Positions 49,625 to 57,056 of a stretch of 64,000 nt of DNA are shown here, one piece after another; within the stretch, counting starts at the first letter, position 1; each line of letters begins with the position of its first letter. The stretch covers positions 10,289-74,288 of the forward strand of contig JAFYRT010000063.1 of assembly GCA_017546805.1 (NCBI GenBank), read 5' to 3'. The DNA is from Muribaculaceae bacterium. Its GTDB lineage: Bacteria > Bacteroidota > Bacteroidia > Bacteroidales > G3-4614. The notes beneath the pieces were generated by a model. That model did no database searches and was not told where the DNA came from. It saw only the letters and a list, made by a program, of their open reading frames with translations. A program made the position numbers and the translations under genes.

Positions 49625-50278
49625 ATGAAATGTTTAATACCTATAATTTTAAAGCATTATCCAAAAGACTTTTTAAAATACTATTTTGAAGATTTAAAAA
49701 AGGCATATAATGCTAAGGATACAACTTCTACTCTATTATTACTTACAGAAATAACAAAAGGAGATCACCAAAGGAGAATGCCTATTCATATTGTTAAAAT
49801 TGTAATATACAAATTATTAGAAGAGGCAATTTTTAATGGAATATTTAAAAACTTCGAAGAACTATATGATAGAGTAAAAGATATATTATCCACTATCCCT
49901 TTTGCACAAGGACCACTAACCACATACGATATAGCATTAAAGATTGGAGGCTTATTAAATATATCTCCTCATGACTATTTATATCTTGCAGATACAACAA
50001 GTAAAGTTTTTTCGCTTGTGTATTCAAATACTAATCCAACTACTAAAAACTTCAAAGGAAAAGTGGATATATCTTATGCACAAAAGATATTCGGTAATAC
50101 ATTAAATAGTGCAGATATAGAGATTATATTATGCATATTTAAAGACTGTTTTAAAAGACGTTTAGACGGAGAATGTATTTCAGAAGAAGAAATAAAAGAT
50201 ATCATAAAGAAGAAATATCCTAAAGAGATAGATTGGGATAATGTAAGGACGAAAGCAAAAAGATATGGAGTTTTATAA
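49625..50278 (+). CDS. Hypothetical protein (217 aa), first gene of the adhesin operon
   Basis: The ORF is open with no recognisable family and no signal peptide. It ends 36 nt before the 50315 start on the same strand. Confidence 0.5.
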   Translation: MKCLIPIILKHYPKDFLKYYFEDLKKAYNAKDTTSTLLLLTEITKGDHQRRMPIHIVKIVIYKLLEEAIFNGIFKNFEELYDRVKDILSTIPFAQGPLTTYDIALKIGGLLNISPHDYLYLADTTSKVFSLVYSNTNPTTKNFKGKVDISYAQKIFGNTLNSADIEIILCIFKDCFKRRLDGECISEEEIKDIIKKKYPKEIDWDNVRTKAKRYGVL

Positions 50279-50314
50279 AGAAAATGATAAATAATTCTAA
50301 AAAAATAAGAGATC

Positions 50315-53300
50315 ATGAAAACTAAATTAATTACATTGCTCGTGGCAATACTTTCTGTGGGTATATTATATGCCCAAAGTGATATGGATGGTATAAAACT
50401 CAATGATATACCAACATACACCATAAAAACATCTTCATCAACAGGCGGAACTGCTACAACTTCATTAAACGAGGTTGTAACAGGAGGTAGTGTAACCCTT
50501 AATGCATATGCAAACAGCGGATACGGTTTTAAAAATTGGACTGTTAATGGCACAGTTGTAAGTGCATACAATCCCTATACCGTTACACCAACCGGTAATA
50601 CAACATACAAAGCCAATTTTGTACCAATAAAATCTGGTTTATATATGGGAATAATGGGCTTTAATAAAGAGTTGAATAATAAAAATATAGGAATACTCAC
50701 ATCCGATACAAAATCATCATTCACCAACTTTGTAAATAATTTAACTACTCAAAAAGGAACAATATTGTATTATGCAGTTGAAAATGCCATAGATTCATTG
50801 GCAACAGCAACTCTTCCGGGAGATTTAGAAAGTGTTATAATGATAACATTTACCGACGGATTAGACCAAGGTTCATTTATGATGAATAACAAATATGAAT
50901 CAATCGATGAGTATTTGACTGTATTAAATAATAAGATAAAAAACACCAAAGTACAAAGATTACCTATAAACGCATACTCTATAGGGTTGAAAGGTTCAGA
51001 TGTAGTGGATGACGTTCAATTTCAGAACAACCTTACAAATTTGGCAAGTTCTCCTGAAAATGCTATAGAGGTAAGTAGCATGGATGAGGTAAACACTAAA
51101 TTACAAGAGATAGCAACAGCAATATACCAGGAAAAAAATGGCGAAACAATAAAACTTACCATTCCGGGTCAATCGCCAAATACAAAAATACGTTTTACTT
51201 TTGATAATGTAACAGATGCCTCAAAATCACAATTCTATATAGAGGGAACATTCTCTAATGACTATTCATTGAAAAATGTGGTTTATTCAGGAATGACCTC
51301 AAAAAGTGGACTAATTGTAGCAGGAGAGACAGACGGATTTGAAGTAACATACACATTTAAGGATATTGAAGTAACTAATGTATTATATGACAGACTTCCC
51401 ACATCTAATCTAAAACAGTGGAGCTATGTGACAAGTTCATCTAAATGGCAAAAGAATTCGGAGTTTTCTCCCGAAGAATCATCAATCATTGAAATAAGAC
51501 CAACAGTAATAATGTTGGTGTTAGACTGTAGTAGTTCATTAGGCAGTCAATTTACAACAATGAAGACTTACGCTAATAACTTTATTAAAAAGATAGAAGA
51601 GGGACCTAAATACTACACTGTATCAGCATCAGCAAATACAGGTGGAACTGCTGTTGCTTCATCTGAAAACGTAAGAGAGGGAGGAAATGTAAGACTGACT
51701 GCCATACCTAATGATGGATATAAATTTAAAAACTGGACAAAAAACGGTAGCGTGGTAAGTACTTCTAACCCCGACACAGTCACCATAACTGCAAACAGCA
51801 CATTTGTAGCTAATTTCGAAATAGCTCCAACCTATACAGTAAAAGTTTCTGCAAATACAGGTGGAACTGCTGTTGCTTCATCTGAAAATATGTGGGAAGG
51901 AGGCAGTGTAATCCTAACTGCAACACCAAAAAGTGGATATAAATTTAAAAACTGGACAAAAAACGGTAGCGTGGTAAGTACTTCTAACCCTTACACCGCT
52001 ACAATAACTGAATACAGCATATTTGTAGCTAATTTCGAAATAATTCCAACCTATACAGTATCAGTTTCTGCAAATACAGGTGGAACTGCTGTTGCTTCAT
52101 CAAACAGTGTAGAGTATGGTGGTAGTGTAACTCTAACAGCTACTCCAAACAGTGGATACAAATTTAAAAATTGGACAAAAAACGGTAGCGTGGTAAGTAC
52201 TTCTAACCCATATACTGCAACTATATCGGCAAACAGTTCTTTTATAGCGAACTTTGAGAAAATTACCTATACAGTATCAGTTTCTGCAAATACAGGTGGA
52301 ACTGCAACAGCATCTGCAAGCAGTGTTGAAAAGGAAGGAGCCGGGGTAACTCTAACTGCAACACCTGATAGTGGATATAAATTCAAAAACTGGACATTGA
52401 ACGGTAATGTGGTAAGTACTAATAAGCGTTACTATGCAACTATAACTGCAAACAGCCACTTTGTTGCCAATTTCGAAAAACTTACCTATGAAGTAATAGT
52501 TTATACAAATACAGGTGGAACTGCAACAGCATCTGCAAACATTGTAGAGTATGGTGGTAGTGTAACCCTAACTGCAACACCTGAACCTGATAGTAAATAT
52601 GTATTCATAAATTGGAAGACATCATGGTTCGGTGATGACTTTGTAAGTACTTCTAACCCTTACACTGCTACCATAACTGAAAACAGCACATTTATAGCTA
52701 ATTTTCAAATACCTACCTATACAGTATCAGTTTCTGCAAATACAGGTGGAACTGCAACAGCATCTGCAAGCAGTGTTGAAAATAAAGACAATGTAATCCT
52801 AACTGCAATACCTGATAGTGGATATAAATTTAAAAATTGGACATTGAACGGTAATGTGGTAAGTACTAATTGGTGTTACTATGCAACTATAACTGCAAAC
52901 AGCAACTTTGTTGCCAATTTTTATAAATCAACAGATATAGACGTACACGAATATGTAGACCTTGGCTTATCAGTGAAATGGGCAGATTGTAATGTAGGAG
53001 CAACCTCTCCTGTAGGGTACGGTGATTATTTCTCATGGGGAGAGACTTCTCCAAAAGAAATATATAATTGGGACTCATCATATAAATGGGATGATTCTAA
53101 TTATTATTCAAACGAAAATAATAAAACAATACTTGATTTAGAAGACGATGCAGCGTATGTAAATTGGGGTGGTAATTGGCGTATGCCAACAATAGAAGAA
53201 TTTCAAGAACTAATTGATAATTGTACTTGGACAGAGAGTACCCATAGCGGAGTAAACGGAGTAATAGTAACCAGTAAAATAAATGGGAACTCTATCTTTC

Positions 53301-53710
53301 TTCCTAAAGCAGGTTATAGAAGTGGTCCTGATTATGTTAATAAAGGTTCAAGATGTTGCTATTGGTCTTCTTCTCGTTATGTTGAAAATAATTATGATGG
53401 TCACATTTTGTGGATTTCGATAAAAAGCCCTAGTATGTTTTCTATGCTTCGTTATCAAGGATTAACTATCCGCGCAGTTTATGATATAAATAATACAGCT
53501 ATTGAGGAGATTGATACAAATAGTGCATTTGTATATGCTGGCAATGGTGTTATATATATAAATAATCACATAGGAAATGTCAAGGTAATTGGCGTTTCAG
53601 GTCAAGTAGTTAAAGATGTTTATATAGACGGAAACGACACACTTGAAGTTACTCCGGGTCTTTACATCGTAAAAACAGGAAACAAAGTAACAAAAATTGT
53701 GGTTAAGTGA
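50315..53710 (+). CDS. T9SS-secreted mosaic surface protein: InlB-type B-repeat, vWA-like region, 6 further B-repeats, DUF1566/Fib_succ_major lectin-like domain, T9SS C-terminal sorting domain
   Basis: It has a signal peptide (LLVAILSVGILYAQ) and 7 repeats carrying the GYKFKNWT motif. vWA-like strands are present (VIMITFTDGLDQGS, INAYSIGLKG) plus a separate DCSSS MIDAS-like motif. The lectin-like region reads GNWRMPTIEEFQEL...GYRSG...CYWSSS...GLTIRAVYD. The C-terminus GLYIVKTGNKVTKIVVK is typical of a type A T9SS CTD. Confidence 0.85.
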   Translation: MKTKLITLLVAILSVGILYAQSDMDGIKLNDIPTYTIKTSSSTGGTATTSLNEVVTGGSVTLNAYANSGYGFKNWTVNGTVVSAYNPYTVTPTGNTTYKANFVPIKSGLYMGIMGFNKELNNKNIGILTSDTKSSFTNFVNNLTTQKGTILYYAVENAIDSLATATLPGDLESVIMITFTDGLDQGSFMMNNKYESIDEYLTVLNNKIKNTKVQRLPINAYSIGLKGSDVVDDVQFQNNLTNLASSPENAIEVSSMDEVNTKLQEIATAIYQEKNGETIKLTIPGQSPNTKIRFTFDNVTDASKSQFYIEGTFSNDYSLKNVVYSGMTSKSGLIVAGETDGFEVTYTFKDIEVTNVLYDRLPTSNLKQWSYVTSSSKWQKNSEFSPEESSIIEIRPTVIMLVLDCSSSLGSQFTTMKTYANNFIKKIEEGPKYYTVSASANTGGTAVASSENVREGGNVRLTAIPNDGYKFKNWTKNGSVVSTSNPDTVTITANSTFVANFEIAPTYTVKVSANTGGTAVASSENMWEGGSVILTATPKSGYKFKNWTKNGSVVSTSNPYTATITEYSIFVANFEIIPTYTVSVSANTGGTAVASSNSVEYGGSVTLTATPNSGYKFKNWTKNGSVVSTSNPYTATISANSSFIANFEKITYTVSVSANTGGTATASASSVEKEGAGVTLTATPDSGYKFKNWTLNGNVVSTNKRYYATITANSHFVANFEKLTYEVIVYTNTGGTATASANIVEYGGSVTLTATPEPDSKYVFINWKTSWFGDDFVSTSNPYTATITENSTFIANFQIPTYTVSVSANTGGTATASASSVENKDNVILTAIPDSGYKFKNWTLNGNVVSTNWCYYATITANSNFVANFYKSTDIDVHEYVDLGLSVKWADCNVGATSPVGYGDYFSWGETSPKEIYNWDSSYKWDDSNYYSNENNKTILDLEDDAAYVNWGGNWRMPTIEEFQELIDNCTWTESTHSGVNGVIVTSKINGNSIFLPKAGYRSGPDYVNKGSRCCYWSSSRYVENNYDGHILWISIKSPSMFSMLRYQGLTIRAVYDINNTAIEEIDTNSAFVYAGNGVIYINNHIGNVKVIGVSGQVVKDVYIDGNDTLEVTPGLYIVKTGNKVTKIVVK
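51611..52929 (+). repeat. Six tandem coding repeats of about 220 nt (InlB-type B-repeat units) with long near-identical DNA stretches
   Basis: Strings such as GTTTCTGCAAATACAGGTGGAACTGC and AAAAACTGGACAAAAAACGGTAGCGTGGTAAGTACTTCTAACCC recur at about 225-nt spacing. Confidence 0.9.
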
Positions 53711-53821
53711 TAATAAACAAGTTAGATGACTTTGTTATCAAAGTTTTAGTTAAATAATAAACACAATACTTTTTAACTAAATCATAAAATAGGACAGATT
53801 AATAATAATTCTTGTTGGTAA

Positions 53822-53866
53822 AGGGGCTGTGTCAAAATGTAAAATTTGGCACAGTCTCTTTTTTTA
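53822..53866 (+). terminator. Rho-independent terminator of the adhesin gene (hairpin-family member)
   Basis: AGGGGCTGTGTCAAAAT (53822-53838), a GTAA loop, and AATTTGGCACAGTCTCT (53843-53859) form a 17-position stem (1 mismatch, 3 G-U pairs), followed by TTTTTTT. Confidence 0.75.
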
Positions 53867-53933
53867 GGAGAATGTAAATTAAACTGTGTCAGCAAGGAAA
53901 AATAAATATTAACTTTGCTAACACAGTTTTATT

Positions 53934-54050
53934 ATGAGCGAATTTGATTTTGAAAGCATCAAGGTTAAAGCCCTTGAACAATTAAAAGCTGGCAAATCAT
54001 TATTGGGTAAAGATGAAAAGTTATATTATCTTTCTACTGTAATTTTTTAA
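53934..54050 (+). pseudogene. IS256-family (mutator-type) transposase, N-terminal stub only
   Basis: It translates to MSEFDFESIKVKALEQLKAGKSLLGKD then EKLYYLSTVIF*. The first 27 aa match the conserved N-terminus of Bacteroidota IS256-family transposases as I recall it (..ALEQL+SGK.LLGKDG). Similarity ends where the sequence runs into the 3' end of the convergent 54034 gene. Confidence 0.6.
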
Positions 54051-54561
54051 AGAACTCCCATATAACAATACCTCCGGCAACAGATACATTCAAAGAGTGT
54101 TTAGTTCCAAACTGAGGTATTTCAACTGCAAAATCGCAGATGTTCACTACCTCTTGTTGAACTCCTTTTACCTCATTTCCCAATATAAGCGCATAACGAC
54201 TGTTTTTATCAAGTTCAACTTTATCGAGCATTATACTGTTTTGCACCTGTTCAACTGCAAACACTTTATAGCCTTCGTTTTTAAGTTTTTCAACAACCTG
54301 TTTTGTATCTTCATAATATTCCCAATCCATACTATCCTCGGCACCAAGTGCAGTTTTGTGTATCTCAGCATTGGGAGGTGTGGCTGTTACTCCACATAAA
54401 TATATTTTTTCAAGTTTAAAAGCATCAGAACTACGGAAAACCGAACCAACATTATTTAAACTTCTTATATTATCAAGTACCACAACCAAAGGAGTTTTAT
54501 CAAGTTGTTTAAACTCCTCTTTACTAACTCGTTCTAACTCTACTACTGATAATTTTTTCAT
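54034..54561 (-). CDS. TrmH/SpoU-family RNA 2'-O-methyltransferase
   Basis: 175 aa. It has NVGSVFRSSDAF, LILGNEVKGV and IPQFGTKHSLNVSVAGGIV (SPOUT motifs). Confidence 0.85.
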   Translation of the reverse strand: MKKLSVVELERVSKEEFKQLDKTPLVVVLDNIRSLNNVGSVFRSSDAFKLEKIYLCGVTATPPNAEIHKTALGAEDSMDWEYYEDTKQVVEKLKNEGYKVFAVEQVQNSIMLDKVELDKNSRYALILGNEVKGVQQEVVNICDFAVEIPQFGTKHSLNVSVAGGIVIWEFFKKLQ

Positions 54562-54605
54562 ATCTTTATTTTTAATATCTTACTTTATTTATTTGCTGGC
54601 GAATT

Positions 54606-54701
54606 TACACTTTTTCAAGGGAATAATTTAATATAGCTACACTTTTTCGAATGAATAATTCAATATTATTACACTTTATTAAGGGAATAGAAGTATCTTC
54701 T
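54606..54701. repeat. Three phased 32-bp direct repeats
   Basis: TACACTTTTTCAAGGGAATAATTTAATATAGC (54606-54637), TACACTTTTTCGAATGAATAATTCAATATTAT (54638-54669), TACACTTTATTAAGGGAATAGAAGTATCTTCT (54670-54701). Confidence 0.75.
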
Positions 54702-54781
54702 ATATTTATATCTTCTTTAAAATTAAAGAGATAGAAATAATAAATCATTCCTAATTAACAAACATATGTTTGTTGTTTTTA

Positions 54782-54825
54782 CTCTCGCTCGGTAGTGCTC
54801 AAATAAATTTGGCACTTCTCTCGCT
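54782..54825. repeat. Small hairpin (family member) flanked by an 8-bp direct repeat
   Basis: CTCTCGCT (54782-54789), then 28 bp containing the hairpin AGTGCTCAAA-TAAA-TTTGGCACT (54794-54816), then CTCTCGCT (54818-54825). Confidence 0.7.
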
Positions 54826-54837
54826 AAATCTCAAAAT

Positions 54838-54866
54838 TTCTAATTTCTAATTCCTCATTCCTAATT
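54838..54866. repeat. Heptanucleotide repeat TYCTAAT x4 (same family as 6135-6192)
   Basis: TTCTAAT TTCTAAT TCCTCAT TCCTAAT T. Confidence 0.7.
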
Positions 54867-55301
54867 ATTAATAACCTGTTGATAAGTTGTTAATAGCGTA
54901 TAATAACTTTTCAAAAAATTATGTTGCATTTTTCAAATATCAATTTGTATAATCAAATATTCAAATATGTGCTGTTATTATCAAATTTCTTTTCTTTTTA
55001 TTTATTCACATCATATTTAATGGTTATCAATACTAAAAATAAAAAATTTAATTAACTTTGTACTTTATCAACATAGTGTTAATAAAGTATATATTCTATT
55101 TATAATCAATTATTAATGCTGTTGATTACTCTGTTTATTTTGTTAATTGATTATTAATAACCAATTTTCCAAATAAATAGCAAAAAAGATATCAAATGTA
55201 TTAACAATATATTATCATCATCATTTTTTTTCTATTTAAAAAAGAATATATATTTATTTGTTTGTGGAAAAAGGTGGATGAATAAAACTAAATTTCATTT
55301 T

Positions 55302-56237
55302 ATGAATATAGTAGAGGAAATTAAAAAATTAAAAGAGGAGAAGAATGCAGTAATATTGGCTCACTACTACCAACGCGACGAAATTCAAGAAGTGGCAGAT
55401 TTTGTTGGTGACAGTTTGGCTCTTGCTCAATGGGCTGCTAAAACAGATGCTGATATTTTAGTTGTATGTGGTGTTAATTTTATGGGTGAAACAGCTAAAA
55501 TATTGTGTCCCGATAAAAAAGTTCTTATTCCGGATAATACAGCAGGTTGTTCTTTGGCCGATAGTTGTAAAGCTGATGACTTGGCTGAATTCATAAAACA
55601 ATATCCCGGATATAAAGTTGTTTCATATGTTAATACTACTGCCGAGGTTAAGGCTTTGACCGATGTTGTGGTTACAAGCTCTAATGCAAAAGAGATTGTT
55701 GAATCGTTCCCAAAAGATGAAAAGATTATATTTGGTCCTGACAGAAATTTAGGTAGCTATATAAATTCTGTTACAGGTAGAGAGATGGTTGTTTGGGATG
55801 GTGCTTGTGATGTTCACGAACAATTTTCTCTTCAAAAAATAAAAGAGCTTAAAGAGCAAAATCCCGATGCCGAAGTGTTGGCTCACCCGGAGTGTAAAAA
55901 ACATATTCTTATTGTTGCCGATAAGGTTGGTTCAACAGCTGCTCTTTTGAATTATGCCATTAAATCGGATTGCAAAAAATTTATTGTTGCCACCGAATCT
56001 GGTATATTGTTTAAGATGAGACAATCTTGTCCCGATAAAGAGTTTATTCCTGCACCTCCCGAAGATTCAACTTGTGCTTGTAACGAGTGTGCTTTTATGA
56101 AATATAATACTCTCGAAAAATTATATGATGCTCTTAAAAACGAAAAACATGAGGTTTTTGTTGATGAAGAGATAAGAGAAAAGGCTGTTATATCTATACA
56201 ACGCATGTTGGATATATCTGAAAAATTAAAATTATAA
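55302..56237 (+). CDS. nadA: Quinolinate synthase
   Basis: It has NAVILAHYYQ, VCGVNFMGETAKIL, HPECK and TESGILFKM motifs. The start is placed at ATG 55302 (MNIVEEIKKLKEEKNA). An in-frame ATG at 55278 is the alternative. Confidence 0.93.
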   Translation: MNIVEEIKKLKEEKNAVILAHYYQRDEIQEVADFVGDSLALAQWAAKTDADILVVCGVNFMGETAKILCPDKKVLIPDNTAGCSLADSCKADDLAEFIKQYPGYKVVSYVNTTAEVKALTDVVVTSSNAKEIVESFPKDEKIIFGPDRNLGSYINSVTGREMVVWDGACDVHEQFSLQKIKELKEQNPDAEVLAHPECKKHILIVADKVGSTAALLNYAIKSDCKKFIVATESGILFKMRQSCPDKEFIPAPPEDSTCACNECAFMKYNTLEKLYDALKNEKHEVFVDEEIREKAVISIQRMLDISEKLKL

Positions 56238-56253
56238 TAATATACTATATAGT

Positions 56254-56811
56254 TTGAAAAATTTAGTTGTATTTGCTTCGGGAAATGGTTCGAATTTTGA
56301 AGCCATTGCAAAAGCTTGTATTAATAATAAAATTGATGCAAAGGTTCTTCTTTTGGTGTGCGATAAAAAAGATGCTTATGCCATAAAAAGAGCCGAACTA
56401 TTGGGTATTGAGTCTTTTGTTGTATCTCCTCGTGATTTTCCTTCGAAAGATGATTATGAAAAAGCCATAGTTGATAAACTTTCATCATATAATATTGATC
56501 TTATTTGTTTGGCAGGTTATATGAGAATTATTGGTAATGAGCTTTTGAGTAGATATGAGGGAATAATTATTAATACTCATCCTTCTTTATTACCTTCGTT
56601 CAGAGGTAAAGATGCCATTGAGCAGGCTATGGATTTTGGCGTTAAGGTATATGGTATTACCATACATTATGTCGATAGTAGTTTGGATGGTGGTAAAATC
56701 ATTGCTCAAAAGAGTTTTGAATATAGGGGAGATGATATTGAATACTTGAAAAAGAGATTATTAAAAATAGAACATAAATTGTATATTGATACAATAAACG
56801 AAATTTTATAA
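56254..56811 (+). CDS. purN: Phosphoribosylglycinamide formyltransferase
   Basis: 185 aa with a TTG start. It has VFASGNGSNFEAI, INTHPSLLPSFRG and the D-containing loop (SSLDGGKII). Confidence 0.9.
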   Translation: MKNLVVFASGNGSNFEAIAKACINNKIDAKVLLLVCDKKDAYAIKRAELLGIESFVVSPRDFPSKDDYEKAIVDKLSSYNIDLICLAGYMRIIGNELLSRYEGIIINTHPSLLPSFRGKDAIEQAMDFGVKVYGITIHYVDSSLDGGKIIAQKSFEYRGDDIEYLKKRLLKIEHKLYIDTINEIL

Positions 56812-56812
56812 T

Positions 56813-57052
56813 ATGAGTGACAACCTCGATGAAATTATTTTAGAGTTGGAGAGATATACTCAAGAAAATAGTAATGATGATACTGCTTTTTTTCGTTTAG
56901 GTAATGCTTACAGAAAAGTTGGAAATATTCCACAAGCTATAAGGTGTTATCTTTCGGCAGTTGAAATAAATCCTAAATCTCCTGCTAAAGAGGCTCATAG
57001 TATGTTAATTGATATATTGGAATTCAGAAATACCGATTTATATAATCCTTGA
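56813..57052 (+). CDS. Small tetratricopeptide-repeat protein
   Basis: 79 aa with one clear TPR unit (FFRLGNAYRKVGNIPQAIRCYLSAVEINP). Confidence 0.55.
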   Translation: MSDNLDEIILELERYTQENSNDDTAFFRLGNAYRKVGNIPQAIRCYLSAVEINPKSPAKEAHSMLIDILEFRNTDLYNP

Positions 57053-57056
57053 TAAA

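Larger units (their letters stand above)
54562..55277. other. Candidate chromosomal replication origin region (AT-rich, repeat-dense, with DnaA-box-like 9-mers)
   Basis: It is the longest non-coding gap in the window and lies between divergent genes. Codon third-position composition of flanking genes flips polarity here. Near-DnaA boxes lie at 54877, 55002, 55065 and 55263. See findings. Confidence 0.45.

Noticed and set aside
51611-52929. Regularly spaced near-identical repeats that could be mistaken for a CRISPR array.
   Set aside because: The repeat unit is about 220 nt, it lies inside one continuous ORF, and each unit encodes an InlB-type B-repeat domain. There are no short repeat/spacer alternations and no cas genes.
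53300-53480. A possible diversity-generating retroelement target, because DUF1566/C-type-lectin-fold C-termini (CYWSSS...NNYDGH...) are classic DGR variable regions.
   Set aside because: There is no reverse transcriptase gene in the window, and no template-repeat copy of this segment elsewhere in the window that I could find by eye (I checked 49037-49624 and 53711-53933).
54097-54631. The plus-strand ORFs 54097-54399 and 54356-54631, and other AT-rich-frame ORFs such as 59873-60109.
   Set aside because: They are antisense to the trmH-like gene or run into the non-coding AT-rich gap. Their translations are Phe/Ile/Leu/Asn-rich low complexity, with no start context or motifs.
54562-55301. A riboswitch or leader upstream of nadA (NAD+ riboswitch), and an FMN riboswitch upstream of ribH (10269-10344).
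   Set aside because: The nadA-motif riboswitch is known from Acidobacteria, and I see no matching tandem stem-bulge domains. The ribH upstream gap is only 76 nt, too short for an FMN element, and lacks its conserved core.
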